Assembly: GCA_963753345.1 (NCBI GenBank)
Contig: CAVWBU010000019.1
Coordinates: forward strand, 32,001 to 96,000
DNA length: 64,000 nt
From: an uncultured Fibrobacterota bacterium
GTDB lineage: Bacteria > Fibrobacterota > Chitinivibrionia > Chitinivibrionales > FEN-1185
Reading direction: 5' to 3'
The first letter of the stretch is position 1; each line of letters starts with the position of its first letter. Of the stretch, positions 39,887-49,978 are shown one piece after another. Made by a program: the position numbers and the translations under genes. The notes under the pieces were generated by a model, which made no database searches, was not told the DNA's origin, and saw only the letters and a list, made by a program, of their open reading frames with translations.

Positions 39887-40629
39887 TTGGTGGCCTCCGG
39901 CTCTATCGCAAACATGGTGAACTGCCGCATGATGTCTTCGGCCGTCAATTTGTTCTTGGTAAGGACTTCCTGCATGGCGTTCTTGTTCGGGTTGGGGACG
40001 GTGCCCCGGCAGCCTTCGCACGGGGAGTTGTTGCTTGGGCATATCGCGTTGCACCCGGCCCGGGTGATGGGGCCGATGCAGACCTGGCCCTTGTCGTACA
40101 TGCATTCGTTGCCCCGCGCCTTGCACTCCACGCACACCGGGTATTCGGGAATGTCGGGCGTGGTGCCGAACACCAGCGCTTTCACCACTTTTAGAAACTC
40201 GGATCGCGTTATGGGACATCCGTGTATCTTGTAATCAACAGGCACCACCTCGTGCACTGCCTTGGTGGGGTAGGTGTCGAGGTGCGGCATGGCAAAGTCT
40301 TTGCCGTACACTTCCTTCTTTACTTTGTCGATATTCCCCCACAGGTTCTTTATCTTGTTCACCCCGCCCGTGGTTGCGCATGCGCCGAACGCCACAAGCA
40401 CCTTTGCGCGGTTGCGGATGTCCTTGATGCGCTCCTCGTCGGCGGGACGCGAAATGGAACCCTCGATAAATGCGATGTCGTAGCTTGGGGCCTTGCCCGT
40501 GTACACTTCGCGGAACTCGACGATCTCGACGAGGTTGAGCACCGCGAGCAGGTCCTCCTCGAGGTTGGCTATCTGGAGCTGGCAGCCTTCGCAGCAGGTG
40601 AAATCGAAGAATGCGACTTTGGGTTTCAT
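39883..40629 (-). CDS. hydD: Group 3b hydrogenase small (delta) subunit
   Basis: CCEGC, GACA, GCP, VCVEC..C..C FeS motifs. Confidence 0.9.
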   Translation of the reverse strand: MKPKVAFFDFTCCEGCQLQIANLEEDLLAVLNLVEIVEFREVYTGKAPSYDIAFIEGSISRPADEERIKDIRNRAKVLVAFGACATTGGVNKIKNLWGNIDKVKKEVYGKDFAMPHLDTYPTKAVHEVVPVDYKIHGCPITRSEFLKVVKALVFGTTPDIPEYPVCVECKARGNECMYDKGQVCIGPITRAGCNAICPSNNSPCEGCRGTVPNPNKNAMQEVLTKNKLTAEDIMRQFTMFAIEPEATK

Positions 40630-40630
40630 G

Positions 40631-41479
40631 TTACAGCGCCTCCACGAGGTGCGTTATGCCTTCGAGCGTGAACACGGGACCGTCCTGGCACACGTACACG
40701 CCGTCGATCTGGCAGTGGCCGCATTTTCCCACGCCGCATTTCATGCGGCGTTCCAGCGACACGATGACGTCGGCGTCCTTGAACCCCAGGGTGCGCAGCT
40801 CGAGGATCACGAATTTGTACATCACCGGCGGCCCCACGATGAAGGCCTTGGTGTTTTTCGGGTTGAGGCGGTCCTTGATTTTCGGGATAAGCGTGGTGAT
40901 GACGCCGGTATTGCCGTTCCACGACGGCGAGCCGCGGTCAACCGTTTCGAGAAATTCGATGGAGGTGTTCTTCTTCCACGAATCCATTTCATCGGTGAAA
41001 AGCCGCTGGGAAACGTCGGTGAAACCGCACAGCAGAAAGATCTTGCCGTAATCGGCGCGGTTGTCAAGCGCGTAGTTGATGGCCGAACGCAGCGGCACGA
41101 GCCCGATGCCCGCGCCGAAGAACAGGAGGTCCTTGCCCTTGAATTCGTCCATGGGGAAATGCGTGCCGTACGGGCCGCGTACCCCGAGGGTGTCGCCCGG
41201 CTTAAGGTCGTGGATCGCCGCCGTCACCTTGCCCACCTTGCGAATCACCATCTCGAAGCTGCCCTTCCTCGTGGGGGACGAGGAAACCGAGATGGGCGCC
41301 TCGCCGATTCCGGGAATGCAAAGTTCGGCGAACTGGCCGGGTTTGTGGCCAAGGTCTTTTCCGTCAAGTCTGAACTCGAAGTACCGGTCGCGCTCGGTCA
41401 TGGGGCTGGTCTTCACCACGGTAAGCATCTGGGGCATGTATATGGATTCGTGATTGCCGCATCCGCATGCTTCGCACAT
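40631..41479 (-). CDS. hydG: Group 3b hydrogenase FAD/NAD(P)-binding (gamma) subunit
   Basis: PGQF, GEAPIS, RGPYG, GPPVM, MKCGVGKCGHC..VCQDGP. Confidence 0.9.
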   Translation of the reverse strand: MCEACGCGNHESIYMPQMLTVVKTSPMTERDRYFEFRLDGKDLGHKPGQFAELCIPGIGEAPISVSSSPTRKGSFEMVIRKVGKVTAAIHDLKPGDTLGVRGPYGTHFPMDEFKGKDLLFFGAGIGLVPLRSAINYALDNRADYGKIFLLCGFTDVSQRLFTDEMDSWKKNTSIEFLETVDRGSPSWNGNTGVITTLIPKIKDRLNPKNTKAFIVGPPVMYKFVILELRTLGFKDADVIVSLERRMKCGVGKCGHCQIDGVYVCQDGPVFTLEGITHLVEAL

Positions 41480-41480
41480 G

Positions 41481-42512
41481 TCATGACTCCTTTTTCAGAA
41501 GATCAGCGTCGATGTCCGGAGGGTACGCGATGTCCGCCGTGCAAGCCTTTTTGCACCTGCCGCAGCCCACGCAGCCGGCAAGCCCGAGTTTTTCCAGAAG
41601 GTATTTCTGTTTTCGGTACAGCCGGTGCCGGATTCGGTCGGCGGCTTTTTTGCGGAAGTTATGGCCGCCCGCGCACACGGCAAAAGGCTCGAGCACGCAC
41701 GCGTCCCACGTGCGGAACCGCAGCCCGTAATTGAAGGAGAGGTCGAGTTCGTCGAGCATGTCGAAGCAGTAACAGGTGGGGCACACCGTGACGCAGGAAC
41801 CGCAGGAAAAGCATTGTGCGCCCCGCGTCTCCCATACCGGGTGGCGCTCCTTTCCGTCAAGAAAGGAGGGAAGCGCGTCGCGCTTCACCTGGAGCGTCAC
41901 CGTGTCCTTCACCGCGGTCTTGGCCTTCTCGGCCTTGGCCTTGATATCCGCGCCCGCCGGCGTTGCCGCGCTTGCGGAGAAGAATTCCTTGCCGCGGTCG
42001 GAAACGATTTCCACGGCATAGGAGGAGTCGCCCATGTCAACAAGAAAAGCGTCGGCCGCGAGATAGGGTTCTTCGGGCTTTATCATGGACGATGTAAAGC
42101 GGTATGCGCCTGGTTTTGTGGGATAAATCCCCACGAGCGTGGTCTTTTCCCTGCGCGTGCAGTAGTTCGCGTCGATGTTCCCCTCGGTAAATGCCTTGTC
42201 GAGCATGGCGATGGCGGCGAGGTCGCCGGGATGAATGCCGATAATTGCCTGGTCCTTCTCCGCGTACACGGGCTCGCACGAGGACGCGTCCTTGGGCGCG
42301 TAGGACAGCACAGGGTCCCTGGGCGGAAAAAGATATTGCTTCGGCGAGTACATGGTTTCGTCGAAGTCAAGCCTGAGGTCGGCGCCTGAAGCAAGCCTGT
42401 CGTACGTGAAACGGCCGTCTTTCTGCACCACGCCGAACAGGTCAAGGGGACCGGCGGCGAGCGTTCCCACAAAATCCAGGAATTCCTTTTTTGAGATCAG
42501 CAAAAGTTCCAT
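41481..42512 (-). CDS. hydB: Group 3b hydrogenase FeS (beta) subunit
   Basis: CFSCGSCVTVCPTCYC and CVGCGRCKKAC. Confidence 0.9.
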   Translation of the reverse strand: MELLLISKKEFLDFVGTLAAGPLDLFGVVQKDGRFTYDRLASGADLRLDFDETMYSPKQYLFPPRDPVLSYAPKDASSCEPVYAEKDQAIIGIHPGDLAAIAMLDKAFTEGNIDANYCTRREKTTLVGIYPTKPGAYRFTSSMIKPEEPYLAADAFLVDMGDSSYAVEIVSDRGKEFFSASAATPAGADIKAKAEKAKTAVKDTVTLQVKRDALPSFLDGKERHPVWETRGAQCFSCGSCVTVCPTCYCFDMLDELDLSFNYGLRFRTWDACVLEPFAVCAGGHNFRKKAADRIRHRLYRKQKYLLEKLGLAGCVGCGRCKKACTADIAYPPDIDADLLKKES

Positions 42513-42574
42513 AAATGGTTCTTTCCATTCTCATGTGGCAAATCGCGGGAACGATTCGGAAAGGGGTTGCTCTT

Positions 42575-42592
42575 GTGTGACTTCTTTCACAA
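42575..42592. promoter_or_regulatory. Rex- or CRP/FNR-family operator
   Basis: gTGTGA-cttctt-TCACAa about 60 bp upstream of hydB. Confidence 0.6.
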
Positions 42593-42694
42593 AACAAGGT
42601 CTAAGTAAAGAAAGCTCAAAATAATTCATTGCTGGATTTAGTTAAAGATAAAGAGGGATGCAAGACGAGATGAAGAATTAATACAAAAGAGTTC

Positions 42695-42895
42695 GGTGGG
42701 GGCACCGCTTCGCGTTTCCCCCTGGCCCCCGGCTTCCGCCGCACCTCAATTGCCACGTAACAATGCATCAAGCGGTGCGGCGGCGATCCGGGGCACACCC
42801 CCTCCAGCGGAAACACGCACGAGGCGCATCGCTTGCGCAATGCGCGTGTCGTGTTCCCGCAACGCCTTCTATAAGGTATGCCGCTTCGCGGCGAT
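42695..42895 (-). repeat. Dispersed repeat module C
   Basis: Near-identical reverse complement of the 15220-15321 part; shares its terminal portion with 62140-62317. Confidence 0.85.
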
Positions 42896-42986
42896 GAAAA
42901 CACACGCAGAGGACATCCATGTGAATTTATATTTACTAAAGGCAAAGAGATATTAAGCTCAAGCATATTTCTAAACTGAGGCGTTT

Positions 42987-45900
42987 GTGAATATCGCAGG
43001 TATTCTGACAAAAATCTCTTCCTGGGAAGAGTTCAGGCGGGAAGTGCGCGGCCTGAGCGACAAGGGAAAAGGCGACGCCTTTGAACTGCTCACCCAGTAT
43101 TACTTGAGGATTGAGCCGCGGTATGCCACAAAGCTTTCAAAAGTCTGGCGCCTTTCCGAAGTGCCGTTAAGGATCACGGAAAAACTCCGGCTGCCTCCGG
43201 CAGACAAGGGCATTGATCTAATCGCCGAGACAAAAGACGGTGAATACTGGGCTGTCCAGTGCAAATACCGCGAGGACCAGACACATTCGCTTACGTGGCG
43301 CGAGCTTTCCACCTTTACCGGCTTGGCCTTTACGGTCTGTAAAGGAATCTCCTTCGGCCTTGTCTGCACCAATACCGAACGATTCACCGGAGTTCTCAAA
43401 CATCAGGATAAAATCGGGTTCTGTACGCTCGATACCTGGATAGATCTGGATAAAACATTTTTCAGGAACATCCGGGCATTGCTGTACGCACCGTCCGGAA
43501 AAGATAACGCCCCTGCGGCCGCGTCCGCACCAGAAAAAAGCCATCACTGAAGCCTCCCGGCATTTTGCAAAGCGCCGCCAGAAACGCGGAAAACTCATAA
43601 TGCCCTGCGGCACGGGGAAAAGCCTTGCAGCATTCTGGATCGCCAGAAAACTAAAAGCCAGAAAAATCCTTATTGCAGTGCCCAGTCTTGCGCTTATCAG
43701 GCAGACCCTTAAAGTCTGGCTCAGGGAGGCAATTGCCCATAACCAGCCAATAGAATGGCTGTGTGTGTGCAGCGATGAAACCGCCGGAAAAATAGGGCAG
43801 GATGATGTGTCGGTGCTCAAGCAGGATCTCGGCGTACCGTGCTTTACAAATCCAAAAGAAATCGCGGCAAAGCTTAAAACACAAGCGCAGGGCCTTACTG
43901 TTGTTTTTACCACCTACCAGAGCGGCAAAGCCATTGCCGATGCTTCACGGAAGACCGGCTACTCATTCGACCTGGGCATAATGGACGAGGCGCATAAAAC
44001 CGTTGGCGCAAAAGACAAACTGTTCACGCATCTGCTTTACGACCGGAACATTACAATCCGCAAGCGGATTTTCATGACCGCAACGGAACGCCGGTACATA
44101 GGCCAGAGCGACGAAATCGCCAGCATGGAAGACGAGAAAATGTACGGCGACACCTTTTCCCTTCTGTCCTTCAAGGAAGCCCTTGAATACAAACCGCCCA
44201 TACTGAGCGATTACCGGATCATCACCATCGCGGTTTCGCGGGATGAGGTCGCAGACCTCATAAAAAAGAATCTGTTTGTAAGGCCCGACAAAGGCCCGTG
44301 GGACCGCGAAGTCGAGGCGGAAATGCTCGCCTCGCTTGTTGCGCTTCGCAAGGCAATGAAGAAATACCCCATCAGGCACGCGGTCTCCTTCCACAGCAGC
44401 ATACAACGGGCCAGGGTGTTCCAGGAAAACAGCGACGCATTTACAAAAGCGTTCCCCAAATACGGCAAGCTCGAAGCTTTCCATGTTTCCGGCAAAACGC
44501 CTACGGGCACGCGCGCAAGGACACTCGACGATTTTAAAAATGCCTCCCGCGCCCTGATCACCAATGCCCGGTGCCTCACGGAAGGCGTGGACGTGCCGGA
44601 CATAGACTGCGTTCTGTTCGCAGACCCGCGTAAAAGCACCATAGACATCGTGCAGGCAGTGGGCCGGGCGCTCAGACCGGCAAAGGGAAAAGCGCGGGGA
44701 TACGTTGTTATCCCGATTCTCCATGACTCGCGGATGAAAAGCGAGGAATTCCTTGAAAGCGAAGAGTTCAAGGAAGTGCTGACGACGCTACGGGCGCTGG
44801 CGTCGAATGATGACAGGATTATCGAGTTTTTCCGGGCAGTGAGCAAGGGAAGACGGGTTGGAAGGGGCGGGATTGTTGAGTTTGATGTTGATGAAAGATT
44901 GGGAAGAAAGATTAAGATTGATGAGTTTGTTAAGGCGGTGGAGTTGAAGTGCTGGAGCAGGTTAGCGAGGCTGAGTTGGAGGGAGTTTGAAGAGGCGAGG
45001 GGGTTTGTACATAAATTGAATCTCAAGAGCGAAGCCGAATGGCGTGCATATTGCAAAGGTCGGATTCAAGGTAAGCCTAGGAAACCCGATGATATTCCGG
45101 CACACCCAGGTCACATTTATCGCGGCAACGGTTGGGTTGGCATGGGCGACTGGTTAGGAACGGGAACCATTGCACCACGACTACGGGTATACCGTCCATT
45201 TAGGCAAGCACGAGCCTTTGTGCACGGTTTGAAACTTCACGACAGAAAGGAATGGAGCGCATATTGTAAAGGCCAGCTACGAGGCAAACGCAAGAAACCA
45301 AATGACATTCCAGCCAGTCCAGTTAAGACCTACTGGGGCAAAGGTTGGATTTCTATAGGTGATTGGCTGGGAACAGGAGCAATCGCCACATTCATGCGTA
45401 AATTCCGCGCCTTTAAGCTGAGCACGTTCGTTCTCGCGAGGTTTGGAACTCAAGAATGTAACCGAGTGGCATGCATATTGTGGAGGCCAGCTACAAGGCA
45501 AACGCCCAAAACCAATTGATATCCCGAGTAATCCGCAAAAAAGTTACGTGGGAAAAGGATGGGTGAATTGGGGTGATTGGTTAGGAACAGGAAATGTGGC
45601 AAATACATTACGGGTTTTTCAACCTTTCAAACGCGCCCACGCCTTTGCCCGCAGTTTGAAGCTAAAGAGCGAAGCTAAGTGGCGCTCATATTGTGAAAAT
45701 AAGTTACCGGGTAAACCAAAAAAGCCAGATGATATTCCGATCTATCCAGGAGATATATACCATGGGAAAGGTTGGGTTGGTATTGGCGACTGGCTAGGAA
45801 CAGGAACAATTCCGCCACGTTTACGCACATTTCGGCCATTCAAACAAGCCCATGCTTTTGCTCGCCGTTTGAAACTCAAGAGCGGAACTGAGTGGCGTGC

Positions 45901-46495
45901 ATATTGTAAAGGTCAGCTTAAAGGCAAACCTAAAAAACCCGATGATATTCCGGCTAATCCAGATAAGTATTACCGAGGTGAAGGTTGGGTTAGTAGGGGT
46001 GACTGGCTGGGTACAGGAAGAATTGCAGATCATTTACGCATCTACAGGCCGTTCAAACAAGCACGCGGCTTTGTGCGTGCTTTGAAACTAAAAAGTGGAG
46101 ATGAATGGAAGGCATATTGCAAAGGCCAATTACGAGGTAAAACAAAGAAACCAGATGATATTCCGGCTCATCCAGAAAGAACTTATTGCAGTAAAGGGTG
46201 GAATCGTATGGGCGACTGGCTGGGAACGGGCACCATTGCACCCGGTCTAAGGGTATATCGCTCCTTCATACAAGCTCGCGCTTTTGTCCATAGATTGAAA
46301 CTAAAAACCGGAGATGAGTGGAAAACCTATTGCAAGGGTCTGCTAGAAGGCAAACCAAGAAAACCTCATGATATTCCAATTGCCTCGGATCAGGTATATC
46401 GAGATAAAGGCTGGCGAGGTATGAAAGACTGGTTGGGAACTGAAAAACGTATTTTTTCAAAAAGAAAAAATAGAAATCAAAGTAAAGAACTTTAA
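42987..46495 (+). CDS. Mrr-type nuclease + SF2 DEAH helicase + seven 71-aa repeats; one gene split by two +1 frameshifts (about 43485 and 45421)
   Basis: GDAFE..DKGIDL..AVQCK nuclease; [29 protein letters not shown] and QAVGRALR helicase motifs; repeated W..YC..KP.DIP..P...Y...GW...GDWLGTG. Confidence 0.85.
44977..46441 (+). repeat. Intragenic tandem array, 7 x 213 bp
   Basis: DWLGT codons recur at about 45145, 45358, 45572, 45785, 45998, 46211 and 46424. Confidence 0.9.
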
Positions 46496-47064
46496 GCAAC
46501 GCCCCTTCCATGGCACTTTTTGTACTTCTTCCCGCTACCGCAAGGACAAGGATCGTTTCTGCCGACCCTGGGTAAGAGGGATTGGTTTTGTTTCATTTTT
46601 TCTTCGTGGCCTTTAACAAAGTCGATGCACTCTACGGACGGCATTCTAAAAGAAAAAACCGTCTGGCCGTCTTTATTTGTGACCGCAAAATCCCCGCTAT
46701 TTATTATGTCCATTCCTATGAGAACATCCGTTCCTGTCAAAACCCCCTGAGTGACTTGCAATATCGGAATCACAATCTTATTCGGTAATCCAATACTCAC
46801 ATAGTAGGTGGGAACCGTATCCGTACCGCTTGCAGTATGGACTCTTGCCATGCCGGTAGGCTTGAGATTGCAGGACTGGACAACATTTCTTGAAATTACT
46901 GTTCGTGTTGCTCCCGTGTCCCATATTGCCTTAAAGGGCTTGTGGTCGCCTTTAGGCGGAGGGGATTTAGGATCGAACGGGGAACCAATATGGGCAGGTG
47001 TTGCTAAGACATTGGCTATTTTGTCAAGACGTGCTGTAAAACCGAAGACCTTTACTTGGGGCAT
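46492..47064 (-). CDS. Retropepsin-like aspartic protease with C-terminal SEC-C motif
   Basis: [34 protein letters not shown]. Confidence 0.85.
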   Translation of the reverse strand: MPQVKVFGFTARLDKIANVLATPAHIGSPFDPKSPPPKGDHKPFKAIWDTGATRTVISRNVVQSCNLKPTGMARVHTASGTDTVPTYYVSIGLPNKIVIPILQVTQGVLTGTDVLIGMDIINSGDFAVTNKDGQTVFSFRMPSVECIDFVKGHEEKMKQNQSLLPRVGRNDPCPCGSGKKYKKCHGRGVA

Positions 47065-47075
47065 CTAGAAAAGGC

Positions 47076-47312
47076 CTATATAAAAGCAAAGCGTGAGTGG
47101 TAGGTCGCGGAAAACGACTCGTCTCCGGGCACACATTTTTGAACCAGAAAGGTACCGATTTCGCAATTTTCTTTTGTCTTGTTGATAGCTTCAAGTTCTG
47201 AGGAATAATCGCCAATTACTTGGCAATCCTTGATTACAATAAACCGGCCATTGTATTTCTGGACCAGTTCATTTTGATGATCAAGATAATATTGAAATTC
47301 TTTTTCTAACAT
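47076..47312 (-). CDS. Small protein (DUF5678-like) paired with the protease
   Basis: 78 aa, ELVQKYNGRFIVIKDCQVIG; GAGG RBS; 11 bp upstream of the protease gene. Confidence 0.7.
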   Translation of the reverse strand: MLEKEFQYYLDHQNELVQKYNGRFIVIKDCQVIGDYSSELEAINKTKENCEIGTFLVQKCVPGDESFSATYHSRFAFI

Positions 47313-47490
47313 GACCTCATCTCCCTAAATGGAAACGCTCTATCAACTCTTGCTCTATTTGTTATTTCGGTTGGTTCAACAAGATATTTAGCGGTGGTTT
47401 CAAATATAGTATAATTCTGTGGCCTCATATGATGAATTTCAAGATGCCCGCCATGCGCTTACGAATTTTCGATCACACTCCTGTTGTATG

Positions 47491-47634
47491 TCTTTCGCGC
47501 CAGGCCGGAACGTAGGCCGCGTTAGAACGCGGTGCCGCCCGGACACGCCGCGAAGCGGCCTAGTGCCGTGGCGGCCGGAGGCCGAAGGCCGAGACCGGAG
47601 CGAGGGCCGCCGCTGCAAAGCAGCGGGGCGCCCA
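47491..47634 (-). repeat. Dispersed repeat module B
   Basis: Reverse complement reads TGGGCGCCCC..TCCGGTCTCGGCC..TCCGGGCGGCACCGCG..CCTGGCGCG. Confidence 0.8.
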
Positions 47635-47875
47635 GAATTTTTATTCTGGTCGAGTATGGTATTTATTGATTCAATCCCTTCAAACATCTTCTTCAAGTTA
47701 TTTTACTCCTCAATAAAAACCATTACAAGAAATAGAACTTCACAAAATCACCAAGAAAGAACACCTATCACAACCTCTGCGGAATGCCGCTTCACGGCGA
47801 TTATTCAGTAGGACACAATCTCTTTCTTCAATTATTGTATGTCAATGAATTGTGAACATACAATCAAGCATTTGT

Positions 47876-48143
47876 CTTCTGCGCTTGCGCCAGGTTGGAC
47901 TGAAGGGGACGCCAGAGCGCATTGTCACTTCGTTCCCTAATGTATGGAAATAGCGCTTCGCGCTTCACAATTAAATTGTTTGCCTTATGCCGGCCGACGA
48001 CCCTTGGAAGCACCCGACGGGGTGCCCCGCCGACAGGCATAGGGGCGGACCGGCAACGAGGCGAACAGCCGAGCCCGGAAGGAAGACCCCGCCCAACAGG
48101 AAGGGCGGAGCAGGTTCCGCCGCCGTCTTCGGCGGGGCGCCCA
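47876..48143 (-). repeat. Expanded module B containing module D
   Basis: B ends and CCCTATGC core, with internal CGACCCTTGGAAGCACCCGACGGGGT matching 26507-26545 and 60550-60580. Confidence 0.7.
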
Positions 48144-48204
48144 TTATTTTCTTAATAACCAGAAAAAATCAAGAAACTTCATCAAGAAAGAACCAAATAC
48201 TCCC

Positions 48205-49881
48205 ATGCCCGAAAAATTCGTCTACTTCATGAACAGAATGACCAAGATCTTCCTTCCCAAAAAGGAAGTACTCAAGGAAATTTCTTTATCATTCTATTAT
48301 GGCGCCAAGATCGGGATCATCGGCATCAACGGCTCGGGCAAGAGCACGCTCATGCGCATCATGGCAGGCATCGACGCCGAATTTCTGGGCGAGGCATGGA
48401 TCGAGCAGGGCCGCACCGTGGGCTATCTGCCGCAGGAACCGGTGCTCGACGAGGCGCTTGACGTAAGGGGAAATGTCGAAAAGGCCGTTGCGCACAAGCG
48501 CGCCCTGCTCACGGAGTTCGAAGACATTTCGGCGAAGTTCGGCGAGCCGATGTCCGATGACGAAATGCAGAAACTGCTGGACAAACAGGCAAGGCTCCAG
48601 GACAAGATAGATACCGACAATTTATGGGAACTCGACCGGCACATGGAAATAGCCATGGACGCTTTGCGGCTGCCGCCGCCGGACACGGCGGTCACCACGC
48701 TGTCGGGCGGGGAAAAGCGGCGCGTTGCCCTGTGCCGGCTTCTGCTCGAAGAACCGGACCTCCTGCTTCTTGACGAACCGACCAACCACCTTGATGCGGA
48801 ATCCGTTGCCTGGCTCGAACGGCACCTCAAGGAATACAAAGGTTCGGTGATCCTCACCACGCACGACCGCTACTTTCTCGACAACGTGGTGGGCTGGATT
48901 CTCGAGCTTGACAGGGGGAGAGGCATCCCCTGGCAGGGAAACTACTCATCGTGGCTCGAACAGAAAACGCAGCGCATGGAACAGGAGGAGCGCGAGGAAA
49001 GTACCCGACGCGTGCGCCTCAAAAAGGAGCTCGATTGGATACACCTTTCGCAAAGGGCAAGGCAGGCAAAGGGCAAGGCGCGGCTCAATGCGTACGAGGA
49101 ACTGCGCAGCCAGGAAACGCCGGAAAAACTCACCACGGCAACCATTGTGATTCCGCAGGGCCCAAGGCTTGGCGACCTTGTGATCCGCGCGGAAAACTTG
49201 AGCAAGGCATACGGCGACAAGCTGCTGTTTGAAAACATGAACTTCAATTTGCCGCGCTCGGGCATCGTGGGGATCATAGGCCCGAACGGCGCGGGCAAGA
49301 CCACGCTGTGCAGGATCATCACGGGCCAGGAAAGGGCGGACGCGGGGAAGCTTGTCATCGGGGAATCAGTGCAGCTTTCCTACGTAGATCAGAACCGCGA
49401 CGCGCTCAACCCGGACAACACCATTTTCCAGGAGATCACGCGCGGCCTTGACATCATACGGCTTGGCAAACTGGAAATGAACTCGCGCGCCTACGTGGGC
49501 AGGTTCAATTTCTCCGGCTCTGACCAGCAGAAGCCCATCAGGGACTGCTCCGGCGGCGAGCGGAACCGCGTGCACCTTGCCAAGCTCCTTCAGACCGGCG
49601 GCAACGTCCTCTTGCTCGACGAACCCACCAACGACCTCGACGTGGAGACGCTCCAGGCGCTCGAACAGGCCATCCTCGATTTTTCCGGCTGCGTGGTGGT
49701 CATCACCCATGACCGGTGGTTCCTCAACCGCATCGCCACGCACGTCCTGGCGTTTGAAGGCGAAAGCCAGGTGCACTGGTACGAAGGGAACTTTGCCGAC
49801 TACGAAGAGGCGAGAAAGGTGAGACTCGGGATCGATGCGGAGCAACCGAAGAGGATTAAGTATAAAAAGCTGGTGAGGTGA
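48205..49881 (+). CDS. ettA: Energy-dependent translational throttle ABC-F ATPase
   Basis: Two ABC domains; LSFYYGAKIG, ARQAKGKAR, SGGERNRVHLAK. Confidence 0.93.
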   Translation: MPEKFVYFMNRMTKIFLPKKEVLKEISLSFYYGAKIGIIGINGSGKSTLMRIMAGIDAEFLGEAWIEQGRTVGYLPQEPVLDEALDVRGNVEKAVAHKRALLTEFEDISAKFGEPMSDDEMQKLLDKQARLQDKIDTDNLWELDRHMEIAMDALRLPPPDTAVTTLSGGEKRRVALCRLLLEEPDLLLLDEPTNHLDAESVAWLERHLKEYKGSVILTTHDRYFLDNVVGWILELDRGRGIPWQGNYSSWLEQKTQRMEQEEREESTRRVRLKKELDWIHLSQRARQAKGKARLNAYEELRSQETPEKLTTATIVIPQGPRLGDLVIRAENLSKAYGDKLLFENMNFNLPRSGIVGIIGPNGAGKTTLCRIITGQERADAGKLVIGESVQLSYVDQNRDALNPDNTIFQEITRGLDIIRLGKLEMNSRAYVGRFNFSGSDQQKPIRDCSGGERNRVHLAKLLQTGGNVLLLDEPTNDLDVETLQALEQAILDFSGCVVVITHDRWFLNRIATHVLAFEGESQVHWYEGNFADYEEARKVRLGIDAEQPKRIKYKKLVR

Positions 49882-49978
49882 GACAAGTGAACTGCGACCT
49901 TTGCAAGAGGGAGAAAGGGCGATTTGAATATAACAATCTCGCTTTCGAGTGCGAGAAGTAGAGGATTCTTAATCAACC

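Noticed and set aside
38540-40234. Long antisense/shadow ORFs (e.g. 564 aa here, 551 aa at 54933-56588, 464 aa at 30056-31450)
   Set aside because: They overlap well-supported genes, have no motifs, and are expected from GC-rich codon bias
43480-43505. Programmed ribosomal frameshift at GGAAAAG in the helicase gene
   Set aside because: The required shift is +1, not -1, and the same +1 pattern occurs in unrelated genes, favouring sequencing error
44977-46441. 213-bp periodicity as a CRISPR array or DGR template/variable repeats
   Set aside because: The repeats are in-frame coding units with synonymous divergence; no cas or reverse transcriptase gene and no adenine-specific variation
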